Assembly: GCA_964187785.1 (NCBI GenBank)
Contig: OZ076409.1
Span: 37,202,001 to 37,266,000, forward strand
Direction: 5' to 3'
DNA length: 64,000 nt
DNA from: Amphiscolops sp. MND2022
Taxonomy: Eukaryota
Both the position numbers and the translations under genes were made by a program. Below are positions 14,501 through 26,100 of this stretch, piece by piece. Below the pieces are notes generated by a model. The model saw only the letters and a list, made by a program, of their open reading frames with translations. It did no database searches and was not told where the DNA came from. The first letter of the stretch is position 1; every line of letters begins with the position of its first letter.

Positions 14501-14940
14501 CAATGTAGCACCGATAGAACACCAAGCATTTCTAGTTCTTTTTTCCAAAGCTTCAAGTATCTATTCTCGAAACGTTTCAAAATGTGGTTAAGTTTGCAAA
14601 GAAAATGCGAAAGAGAATTTTTTCGACTACTTTGGGGATCATTTTGAAGCCCTTTTGCAACAGAAAGCTGAAATTGATTTTGGAACCTACTGAGTAACGC
14701 GTTTTTTCGTTATTGGAAGTTTTCATTTTTTATTCCGCAACTTCTCTTGAAAAGTCATAAATTTTCAAATGGAAAATTGCACATGAATTGATTGCAAAAA
14801 CACAAAAATGAGTAGCATTCGAATTTTTTGACATTTTCGGCGTCAATATGAGGGTTTTTCCTCGAAAGGGTTTTAACAAAAACTTGCTAGACAACAAATA
14901 TTTTCTTGTTGAACATTCCTAATTTTCTAGACTACGACTC

Positions 14941-15085
14941 GTTACGCAAAATTTGCAAATTTTTCCAATGTTTAACGTTTTTATGCAATTAATCAAATTG
15001 TCGTCACAATTCGGGATTGTGACGAAAATTTGAATATTTGCATAAAAACGTTAAACATTGGAAAAATTTGCAATTTTTGTGTAAC
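14941..15085. repeat. ~145-bp near-perfect palindrome
   Basis: ~70-bp arms gttacgcaaaatttgc...gtcacaat / attgtgac...gcaatttttgtgtaac around a 5-nt loop. Confidence 0.9.
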
Positions 15086-15311
15086 TTTTGGGTCGTTTTG
15101 AACAAAACAAACAATTTCCGAGAATGTCTTCAGACACATATTGAATGGAACTGAACTTTTGTCCGTTGGATTCTCAAGGTGACATCATTCAACTTGGATT
15201 TATGTTTGGAACATAGCAATTTTTGGAGGAGAGAAACGCAGCTGATTCATAATATTCATATATAAGTTACAAAGTCCAAAAATACAATGATGTTGAACTT
15301 GTAGTTATCTC

Positions 15312-15920
15312 TGTTACGACTTACTAATGGGGTGTTGTTTTGGAGAGTCGTTTTAGATCTTATCTGGGTTAATGTAGCAGCAACAAAAGCGTTTTCAGCC
15401 TCGGAATCTAAATCTTCAAGGTGTTGGAAGTCAAGTGTTTTCTTTGCTGCTGGAGCGATCAGTTTTAGCGTTTCCTTTTGATGTGAACTAATAATTTTTG
15501 CTAAGTAAGACATGATTTCTGATCTAAGTGTTGTTTCAATCTCGTCCAAGTTTCCAGAGTGGAGTTTGAGAGACTTACTAGGACCAAGAAATAGGTTTTC
15601 AACAATGTTGTCGTCAATTATGAATGTTTGATACTCACTAAAAGTAGTTGTTCTACAGCTTTTCGCTTCTGACTACGGATTGTCATTTTTGGTTGAAAAC
15701 AGATCATTGTTTTGAAGAGTGTTGAAATTTTCAACAAAATCGTTTTGATATCGATGAAACAGGAAAGGAGTAAAAGGATTAATATTTACAAACAAACGTA
15801 TTTACTCTTTCCAAGCATTGTTTGTTCCTCATCTAAAATCTCCCTATTATTGAAAAATTGGACTAGTTCACAAGAAACCCTTGTTGAATCATTTTATTCT
15901 AGTCCGGCGTCTTAAAGTCA
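15312..15920 (-). mobile_element. Decayed LTR remnant containing a gag-like N-terminal ORF; far end not defined
   Basis: Minus-strand ORF (...TLRSEIMSYLAKII...NTPLVSRN) ends at ...AGTCGTAACA, an LTR-type terminus like ...AGTCGTTCCGACA at 25862. Confidence 0.55.
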
Positions 15921-17190
15921 GGTGTGAAATTTTCTAACAATGAAGAATCCTGAATGTGAACAATTACTTAATTCTTAAGAAAACAACTACTCAAGAAAAT
16001 TTGTGAAGAAAAAAATGCATTGCGCCATTGAAACGTAGTAAAAGTATCGCAAAAAAGTTACAGCATGATGATGGAGAGAAAAAATAACACTAAAAGTCTG
16101 TATATTCAACAACAAATACACTCAAACTGATTACCTTACACTCAAACTAACAGAACTTCATTCGTTTGATACATGAATAATAACGCATCCCATGATTTTT
16201 GACTTAAAATACCATTAAATGAAGTTGAGTGAAAACACAACGGTGATCTTATGACTAACACTTAGATCATTACAATTACGAACAACGTTCTAATACAGTG
16301 GTTTATCACAACAACAAATTATATTTCTAATAAAAAAGATTAGCATCAGGAACTTTTTAATTTTTGGTAGGAAATGGCATCACGTTTGGACAAAAGCGTG
16401 GACCTTGACCTAACGTCACTTATATGTACTATAGTATCATGCCATCAAAAATGCAAGGATTAGATATTCTAATTTGCACATGTTCTTCCAGGCAGTAGTT
16501 ATTATTTGCAAGACTCATTTAATATTGATAATTGTTGAACCTATCGGAAGTGTAATTGGAAATCAAAAAAATCTCCAATGTCACGTATTATCGACGCGAA
16601 TACCATATTCCCTTCGTAATTCGTTAAAATGAAAAACAAGTAGTACTTTTGGAGGACTTTTTCATGGAATAGGATGAATTTCATGCCTTACAATACAGCT
16701 GTTTTGAATCATGAAAAAATGAGCTAAGTAGTTTTACATTTCCCATAAATCAAGGTGAATTTTACGGGCGAAATACCTGTTAGTGAAAGATAGCTCCTCG
16801 GTTGAACTAACTTTCAAATTTGACGTAGAGTTAACGTGTGTATTAAAATTAGCTTTAGTTGACCACAGGTTGACGAGGCGTTAGGTTAAGCTTTGGAAAC
16901 AAATCCAATTCTCTTTCTGGTGACGTAAAAAAATCTTTCCTTTTGGCTTGAGCGCAACTATATCGTTCAGGTAATGACATCACTGGTGCGTTATATTAGC
17001 GCGGCCGAGTGTTGATTTTGTTGAAATTCGCTTGCCTTACGTCACAAATATATATTCACCTGCTTGTATTCATATTAACTTTAACAGTTGTTGACGACAG
17101 CCCTATTATGCTAGTACTGTTTGTTTGTATGTTTGATTATTTCAGGTTGTATGTTGGCCTTTGAATTGCGGATGAATTGTTGTTTAATTT

Positions 17191-17685
17191 TTTTAGTCGG
17201 CGTTTTCGAAGAAAATCCCGACTCTTACAGTGGCTAGTTTTTTTCGTCAGTTCAACGCGTAACGTCCACTTTTTTGTTCATTTGTTCAACATCTCACTTA
17301 GCCGAGGTAAACATGGATATTACTTCAAATATATTGTTTCAAAGTTCCCATGGTTCAAAGTTTGGATATAACGTTTTCAAAGTTCGGATGATCGGATATA
17401 ACGTTTTCAAAGTTCCGACATAACTTTTTTTCGGCATTGAGACTCAGTTTTTTGGGCATTGAGACTTTTTTCAATTTTTTTTCTCCGAAAGTGCCCCTCC
17501 AATTTTTTTGACGATTTTCGACAGAATGGATGAAAAATCTAAAAGTGTCCCCTCTGGTGCGCCAATTCGGTTCAACTTTTGGGTTTTTTTGGGTGCCGTA
17601 GAAGAGAATACTTTTACACTTTTAAGTCCTTTTGCTGTTTTTGAGCCTTAGATATGGCGCCGACTTGAGCCGTTCCCGGCTTGTT
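17191..17685 (+). mobile_element. Helentron-associated (HINE/DINE-1-like) non-autonomous element
   Basis: 5' TTTTAGTCGGCG with a nearby partial inverted CCGACT; inverted GCGCCGACT near the 3' end followed by hairpin GCCG-ttcc-CGGC and TTGTT; internal short tandem repeats. Confidence 0.7.
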
Positions 17686-18366
17686 AAGAAACAAACTTGG
17701 AAAAGGAATAGACAAACATGTTTTCGTTTTATGTTTAGGTTGTTATTAAACATAGCAAAAAATAAACCTGAAATGTGGAAGTAATAGGCCTGAAATGGTA
17801 CGCCGGAAGTTTGTCGAAAAGTTTCACTGAGCGGAAATTAATTTTTCAGGTCAAGCTTTGTCAACTATTTATCGTTTTTTGGAAAACATCCTTACAAGTT
17901 AACTAGCTTTGTTATAAGTAAAACTTTCTCACTTGAAACTGTTTGAGTTTGCTGTGGTGAAGTCCTGTTGTTGTTCAATAAATTCCATGTTGGCAGTACG
18001 TACACCAGCCAGGAGCGGGCTGTAACAATCTGATGCAAGCGTCTATACTTGCATCAGATAGCTTTCAGTTCAACATAAATTAATTGTAACTGATTTAACT
18101 ACAATTTCATTGAATGCTTATGGAGAATAATCAATCTTTCCCCAAAGAAACTTTTTAATGAAAAGCTTTTTTTATAAACGCAAAAAACAGAGGTGTTGAA
18201 TTTTTAAACAGGAACAGCTCTACTAAGTTTTGACTTTCTAATTGTGTCCAAGTTTTTCAAACATCTCCTTCACACCAAAAAATTAGGAAAAACTCTCATG
18301 GAAATTCTACATTTTTGAGTCAATACTATTATGTATTTTTCCATAGGTTTTTCTACCATTTTTCAG

Positions 18367-18471
18367 ATGCGGTCTCCCACTACACGTATGCTTTCCAATG
18401 GGCGCTATTGACTGGATTTTTGTGGTGTCCTCTGGCTGGCTTCATTCTGGACAAGCACCGAAAAGATGACA
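18367..18471 (+). CDS. SLC43A3: SLC43A3-like exon
   Basis: ttcag|at ... a|gtaat; DAVSHYTYAFQWALLTGFLWCPLAGFILD resembles SLC43 'VS.YT.AF...CAP..G..MD'. Confidence 0.9.
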
Positions 18472-20127
18472 GTAATTATCTCCACTTCCATTTTAAAAAT
18501 GTATTTTATTATTAACCTTGCAGCATTTTTATTGTCAGCGTGAACCTGAATAAGGTGTGAATTTTTCTTCAAGCTTCATTTGTTCACATGATTGAGTCTA
18601 TATGATATCTTGCAAGATCATGACTATTTTCACTCGAACAAAAAAGAACGAAGACGTGTTGTTGATTAAACGACTTAGTTTTCATCGAATTTCGACAGCA
18701 GAACGACACATGACGGCTCTTGAATCAAACTACACACCTGACACAAATAGTCTATAGTAGGTCAACTTCTTGAATTTCCAAAGTCAGCGAAGAATCTTCC
18801 GTCAGTGTAATCGAATGCATGCATTGGTTCGAAACCAAAACGAATTTTGTTAATCAACTAATGGAATCCAATGTGTGACAAAAATTAGGTCGGGGATTTG
18901 AAATGCGGCAAAAATTTTCAGCGATTAGCAGGCATGACATTTTAAACAGAGTAACTCAAACGAATCCCCTTTTGAAATTTCAAAATGTTAAAGCTTTCAC
19001 CTTTGAAATCTGGACCATTTAAATATTAAAATGTGTTCCCAAAATACACAGTAATTATGTTAATAAATAAAAGATGTTTTGAGTAGAGAAGCTACAAAAA
19101 GATAGATCTTGGGTGCAATTTCTGACATTTTTAAAGACAAAATCACTCAAATAACATAGTCAAATTACTGGACCATACATTTTTGTTTATAAATAGTTTT
19201 CTGTACTTACAGCATCTTGTTGCTACTGCTGAAACCGTGGTCATCTTTGTAAGATCTCAGTTGTTAACCATGGCTAGGTCTTTAGGATGCAATAAATGAC
19301 AGCCTGTTCACTGTGAGGCCCGTTCGAAAAAGTTATAATTGAAGTGACGGTAATTCCTTAGGTGATAATGAAAATTACAGGCCTTGAAATGCACTGGAGG
19401 TGTAGAAATTAGCGAAAAATTGCACTATAACCAAATTTTAAACATTTTATTCGTTAGAGCCGACGTCCTTCGAGTTGTCCATGTTGTCTATATTCCATCT
19501 TTCAATTCAAGTGCTGACAACTTTGCAGGTTTTCGGTCTAATGAAAACGTTCAAAAAAACGACACTAAAAATGTTTTCTCAAGAAAAGGAAAGTTATTTA
19601 TATACTGCTAGTTATTCCGTTGACACACGTTTTTGAGTCAAACAGGGTCGTGTTGATGAAAAAGTTCTTTTAAATCAGTACTCTCTTTTTTCTCTTTCAT
19701 TATTATGACCATTATTGTTATCTTAGACCTAGACAACTGAGGCAAGTTGGGTGGGGGCTATTGTACACTATCGGTGTCGGGCCGGCAGACTGATGATAGC
19801 AGGGCTTTGTAAAAAAGTATTTTTTAAAAAGTTTTTAAAACACGCACTTTGCTGATGTTAATGCTTACATTTTCTTGGTTTCGTTTTGAATTTATCTCCT
19901 ATTGCTTGGTATTGAAAATATTTTTCTCAAAAACGTTCTTTTTATCAGTTCGAAGTTTTATTTCTGTTAGAAGTTATTATTGATTTATCTCAATGTGCAT
20001 GTGAAATCTTTACCCCAAATGGCCGTCCAATTGAAGTCAACTTCGTTAAAAAAATGAAAAAAGAGACAAATTGAACCTATATTAATTTTTTGATCGGTGA
20101 GTTTCAATTTCTTTTCTTACTCTTTAG

Positions 20128-20320
20128 GGATTTTGTCGCGTGAGGAGGAGATGGAGCATGTGGTATTTCCCTTGTTCCTGACCTCTGCTCTGGCCATGAT
20201 GCTCCAGTGCTCAACTCTGCTGGCTCAGACCTGGATGCCCATCCTCTACTTTTCCTCCACAATTATGGCCATCCTCAGGGGCTTCCTCTACACCTTAGGG
20301 GGTGCCTATTTTCTGCTCGT
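20128..20320 (+). CDS. SLC43A3: SLC43A3-like exon
   Basis: tttag|gg ... gt|gtgagt; TM helices ending ILRGFLYTLGGAYFLLV. Confidence 0.9.
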
Positions 20321-21351
20321 GTGAGTATAGCAACACCCCCTCACAATTCCACCTCTTGGGTCAAAGTAAAGAAAATGAAATGTAGGAAACAGCATCAATT
20401 TCTATTTCCAGGGTAAAAGGAGAATAACGTCTAAAAAAAGACCAACCCTCGAACTAGAAAATACCAATATGACTACAGATAGTGGAAATACATCAAAGCA
20501 CACATCAGACTGGCAGACCACACAGCTAAAAGCTGGGGCTCTATGTACCAAATAAGGATCTTCAAGAAGAATCCCGTACTGAGGTCCCATGCGATCCCAT
20601 GCATGGCCATGTCACTTTTAAGCATGGAATTGCATGGACCATGCATGGACCATGCATGGCCATGCATGGTTTTGAGGGGAAAAGCAATCGCAAAAACGCC
20701 CGAAAACGACTTCTAGAAAGGCAATGAAACACCTGACTTAATTAAAAACTTATCTATGGTCTTTTCTGAGATGAAAAAAAATTCAGTAAAAATATTCAAT
20801 TCAGAAACAACGTTAGAAATGTGCCTTCAGAGATTGGGTAAAAAGCATATTGGGGGAAAGCCACAGGACCTAAAATTAGGAACTTGACGAAACTTCTTAT
20901 ACACAATCCTCATAAAATGTAGAACAATTGTGGAAAGTTTGAGCAAAATCGTCTCGATAGTTTTTGAGATTATAATGAATTTGAGATGAAAAATCGCAAT
21001 TTCTAACATTTTTGTAATCATTTTTGGCTATTTCTCAGATCCTATAAATACGAAATTGATGAAATTTTATACACACGATCCTCATAAGGTGTGTCCACCA
21101 CAGACAAAAAACGACACACTAGCAACGAGAAATATCGAATAAACAGTCAAATAGAACAAAGTTACGCGCCAATCCATTCAAAGAGCACTGTTGGATGTCT
21201 ACCGAGGTCCTTCGGAAAGTCACATCAGGACCACGGAAAATCCGTTTTTTCTAGTCTCGGCTGGCCGACTGAAACAGTCGACACTAGCGGGGCTACCAAC
21301 GAGCAGGTGCAAAATAAAGCCCCATTCACAACGAAACATTCATAAGACACC

Positions 21352-22597
21352 TGTCATGCCTGCCAAGCATGAAGGAAATAAATGAACCCTAAAATACCAA
21401 TTCATACATCAAACTCCCTAAAATACAAATCATCATGTAAATACATTACAGTAGTTTAATTGCCGAACAATACAGTTGAACACATAACGACTGAAACCAA
21501 CAAACATCCATTCATGTTATTGTGCATCGTTTAAACATCCATTCATGTTATTGTGCATCGTTTAAACATCCATTCATGTTATTGTGCATCGTTTAAACAT
21601 CCATTCATGTTATTGTGCATCGTTTAAACATCCATTCATGTTATTGTGCATCGTTTAAACATCCATTCATGTTATTGTGCATCGTTTAAACATCCATTCA
21701 TGTTATTGTGCATCGTTTAAACATCCATCCATGTTATTGTGCATCGTTTAAAAACCAGGACTGGAATATCCAGTCATTGCAGATGATTTATACATGTACG
21801 ACTGAAACAATCAGTCATCAGCTATCGTGATAGTGCATCATTTAACCATTGTTTTTTACACTTTTTATATTACATGTAAAGTATTACTAGAATACTCAAT
21901 CATTTCACAACATTTCGTCTATTTATATCAGTAATTAGTGCAGTATCCATTAGTAAATTACTTCAAAACGATATTTAAAGCAGTCACTATGATGATAAGG
22001 ATACACGGTAGTAAAGCCTCAGTTTAAGAGGTAATTGAGTTAATCGAACACGGAAATGACTGGTGCTTGCGGTCATACTACATCAAACAAGAGTAATTAA
22101 ACACCTATTATCACCCGCGACGACTGGTAGTTGCAGTCGTCAAGTGCAATTAAACAACAATTAGTAGATTGAACGTACGTCATTGGCTAAAAGGAAAGGT
22201 GCTAACACACTTTTATAATTACTCAATCGGGCAATACCAAAAACACACGAATTGTAACTTCTGACGAGACAAGTTGCTTACTACCGTACCTTGAAATCAT
22301 CAATTCTTACTTAAACCTAACACACTTCAATTCAAACTTAAAGTCTCCAACCTCTTTATGGTAACTACCAGATCTCAAAGTAATCAAAATAGACAGACAG
22401 AAAACGGAACTATGAACAGGTCAAGCGATAGTGAAAGCGAAACTAGTTTCCCTGATGTCTTATCGAGAGACCAAATTGCAGACCTTGACTCTGAGGACGT
22501 ATTAACCAGGCGTCAGAATAACAATAACTATGACATAGATCATCGGTTTAATGAAATAAATAGACAAATCGGAGACCTTACGGACATTGTACTTAGT
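21352..22597 (+). repeat. 5' LTR (3' end truncated by the internal deletion)
   Basis: Matches 24539-25790 except for a 4-bp duplication near 22175. Confidence 0.95.
21502..21749 (+). repeat. 8 x 31-bp tandem array inside the 5' LTR
   Basis: Unit aaacatccattcatgttattgtgcatcgttt; last unit has one substitution. Confidence 0.97.
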
Positions 22598-22603
22598 CCT
22601 TAG

Positions 22604-23729
22604 TTAACTACCAACCCCCCCCCCAAAATTACTACTAAAAGCTCCTCGCATGATCTTGTGAGATTCATTACCAGGTTTTGAAGTCGTCGCAACGCCAGAG
22701 GAAGATGGAGCACCAGATGGAGCCACACTCCGTTCACCTAAGTCTGATGGCGGCACGTCCGAGTCCACACATGTCCGGCGACTCTCAAACCCAGCTACAC
22801 TGCCAGCGACAGATGACGAGCGCGGAAGAACATCACCCACACAAGGAGAGAATGACGATTGACCGAGTTCCTGCAGTGCCCCCTTCAGTTTTCCAAGGAA
22901 CTCCTCAACGGCGAGAGCACCCACCGTTCCTAGCTTGCCAAGGCTTGATTCAACAGCTGCCTTGACCCACTGTTGAATTTCTCGTTCCACACGTTGGAAC
23001 AACTCCGTGAACTGGCCCACAATGACGTCAGCCCGAACGTTGGCATCTACAAAGCAACCAACAATTTTCAGCACCTACTTAGAACCGAACGAACGAAGAC
23101 GCCTATCATCAACTGAGTAGAGAACAGCAACCGTATACTGCAGGCGCTGGTATGGAAGAAGACCCCCCCAACATATAACTTAGCTTAACAGTAACCGCAA
23201 ATGCACCCACCGAGATGCGAAGAGAGGAAAGCATCCAAACGACGCAAGATGGGAGCAGAATCCAAATCAGCACTCCCGGAGGACCCAGTAGCCACGGAAG
23301 ATCGAAACTGGCGCAAGTAGGAGACTAACTCGGTCATGTTGACATCAGCTACAAAAATAGTGAACAGTCTCAACAACAGAGATGACATAGACGCTCCAGT
23401 TGTTCTGGGATCAGCATCCACGGAACGCAACCCCACGACAGAATAACTCAGGCCTAGCGCTTATGGAGAAAGTAAATGTAAAACCAGTACTTACCAAATT
23501 CCTGGGAAAGCACGACATCCAACAAGCAACCCAGATCCCCAACGTTTGACGCAGAAACCCGCGCAGCGAACTGGCAACACTGATTGTTCTCCATCAGCAC
23601 TGCAGATAAATCCAGTCCACTCCCACTCTCATCTAACGGGGGATTACCTGCAGCCATTTGGTCCTCGACTTCAGCAACTAATGCAGAGAGCTCACCACTA
23701 AAGGATAAAACTCCTTCTTCATCTGACAT
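22604..23729 (-). CDS. Putative spliced antisense gene of unknown function inside the LTR element
   Basis: Exon 23729-23495 (MSDEEG...SQEF), 41-nt GTAAGT...TAG intron, in-phase exon 23453-23211, then a further 156-codon frame at 23074-22604 whose junction is unresolved. Confidence 0.6.
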
Positions 23730-24688
23730 TGTCGGAGCGATAAGGTAACACACGACACGATCGGGGATAACAATAAAATGGCGACGGCGACTCGACTGCA
23801 ACAGCTCATTCTTCCATTTCTTATTGTTATAGACTGATCACCTATATCAATATATAATGGACACCTAACCCACCCTATCAAACGGTCTACCCAAGTAATT
23901 ACCGGACATTCGCGGAATCATATTCACGACTCCACCCACAGGATATCAAATGCTAATCAGCAGAGAGAACGCAGTCAAGTTTTCCCTAGCCATAACAGTA
24001 CATATATTCCCTCCCGAGTTAACCGCCTAATCGATACCCGGAAAATACAGGACTAACTGGGAAAAACAAAAATCGCACTACCTTTATTATTGTGGAAGAA
24101 TGAGCAACACCAACGGTTGACAAAACGAAGATGGATAAGGACAAGTATAAACAGGACCAAATTCAATTTTAAAAGCAATAAAGCCAGCAACTGACTCACT
24201 CTACAACAACGCAACAAATCAATCAACTGCCGATGATCGATGAAAAGTTGCTTAAACAAACATTACACTCTATGCGCACTAAACGGATGACGTGGCTGTC
24301 AAACTGTTACTATAAATAAACTTCAACTTCCGACTACCCACTGTTTGCCTACCTCACCTTGTCCATTCATGCTTCCGAAAGTCTCAGCCACTACATTGCC
24401 ACCCACACGTTCTTCCATACCTCGCACGCCACTTCAGCCGCTGTTCAATTCTCAACTCAACCACCTACTACCACTCAACTCAGTCGTTCACCTTTCCCAT
24501 TACCCCTACAGCTCGCTCTCTCTCAAAAAGGGGGGGAATGTCATGCCTGCCAAGCATGAAGGAAATAAATGAACCCTAAAATACCAATTCATACATCAAA
24601 CTCCCTAAAATACAAATCATCATGTAAATACATTACAGTAGTTTAATTGCCGAACAATACAGTTGAACACATAACGACTGAAACCAAC

Positions 24689-24936
24689 AAACATCCATTC
24701 ATGTTATTGTGCATCGTTTAAACATCCATTCATGTTATTGTGCATCGTTTAAACATCCATTCATGTTATTGTGCATCGTTTAAACATCCATTCATGTTAT
24801 TGTGCATCGTTTAAACATCCATTCATGTTATTGTGCATCGTTTAAACATCCATTCATGTTATTGTGCATCGTTTAAACATCCATTCATGTTATTGTGCAT
24901 CGTTTAAACATCCATCCATGTTATTGTGCATCGTTT
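24689..24936 (+). repeat. 8 x 31-bp tandem array inside the 3' LTR
   Basis: Same unit, same count and same variant last unit as in the 5' LTR. Confidence 0.97.
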
Positions 24937-25540
24937 AAAAACCAGGACTGGAATATCCAGTCATTGCAGATGATTTATACATGTACGACTGAAACAATCA
25001 GTCATCAGCTATCGTGATAGTGCATCATTTAACCATTGTTTTTTACACTTTTTATATTACATGTAAAGTATTACTAGAATACTCAATCATTTCACAACAT
25101 TTCGTCTATTTATATCAGTAATTAGTGCAGTATCCATTAGTAAATTACTTCAAAACGATATTTAAAGCAGTCACTATGATGATAAGGATACACGGTAGTA
25201 AAGCCTCAGTTTAAGAGGTAATTGAGTTAATCGAACACGGAAATGACTGGTGCTTGCGGTCATACTACATCAAACAAGAGTAATTAAACACCTATTATCA
25301 CCCGCGACGACTGGTAGTTGCAGTCGTCAAGTGCAATTAAACAACAATTAGTAGATTGAACGTCATTGGCTAAAAGGAAAGGTGCTAACACACTTTTATA
25401 ATTACTCAATCGGGCAATACCAAAAACACACGAATTGTAACTTCTGACGAGACAAGTTGCTTACTACCGTACCTTGAAATCATCAATTCTTACTTAAACC
25501 TAACACACTTCAATTCAAACTTAAAGTCTCCAACCTCTTT

Positions 25541-25862
25541 ATGGTAACTACCAGATCTCAAAGTAATCAAAATAGACAGACAGAAAACGGAACTATGAAC
25601 AGGTCAAGCGATAGTGAAAGCGAAACTAGTTTCCCTGATGTCTTATCGAGAGACCAAATTGCAGACCTTGACTCTGAGGACGTATTAACCAGGCGTCAGA
25701 ATAACAATAACTATGACATAGATCATCGGTTTAATGAAATAAATAGACAAATCGGAGACCTTACGGACATTGTACTTAGTTTAACTAATCAGTTAGCCTC
25801 CGTTAATGGAGAAGGGAACAGACTTAATGCGGTTACTACCAATACCAACAGTCGTTCCGACA
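25541..25862 (+). CDS. LTR-embedded gag-like N-terminal ORF (107 codons); reads out into the flank to 26053; second copy at 22358
   Basis: MVTTRSQ...RFNEINRQIGDLTDIVLSLTNQL (coiled-coil-like); start resembles MPSTRRQ of the gag at 59535. Confidence 0.7.
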
Positions 25863-26019
25863 ACACCCAAAAAATGAGGTTACAGGTATATCATGCTCCA
25901 AATAACCGGTATAGCCCTTTTAGCTGTTTCCGCCATTTTCAATCCAAAATGAGGACGAGAGTAAACCGAGCGGAAACACCGAGACGGAAACCGTTTAAAG
26001 AGAGCTTAAAGAGACTGAA

Positions 26020-26100
26020 CAAAATTCTAATCCGATGTTTGACGTGGCGCTAGGCATGTGACATGCCTAGCGCCCTGTCAAACATCGGATTAGAATTTTT
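26020..26100. repeat. ~80-bp palindrome
   Basis: aaaattctaatccgatgtttgac..ggcgctaggcatgt-g-acatgcctagcgcc..gtcaaacatcggattagaatttt. Confidence 0.9.

Larger units (their letters stand above)
21352..25862 (+). mobile_element. Young, internally deleted LTR retrotransposon (Ty3/Gypsy-like), TSD ACACC
   Basis: TG...CA ends; ACACC at 21347-51 and 25863-67; near-identical LTRs; PPT AAAAAGGGGGGGAA before the 3' LTR; no PBS, gag core or pol. Confidence 0.95.
24539..25862 (+). repeat. 3' LTR, 1324 bp
   Basis: TGTCA...CGACA; follows the PPT and precedes the TSD. Confidence 0.95.

Noticed and set aside
21502..21749. 31-bp repeats as a CRISPR array
   Set aside because: Units are contiguous with no spacers, lie inside LTRs, and the context is eukaryotic with no cas genes
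22604..24538. Internal region as env or pol remnant
   Set aside because: No long sense ORF, no signal/TM/furin pattern and no RT or integrase motifs
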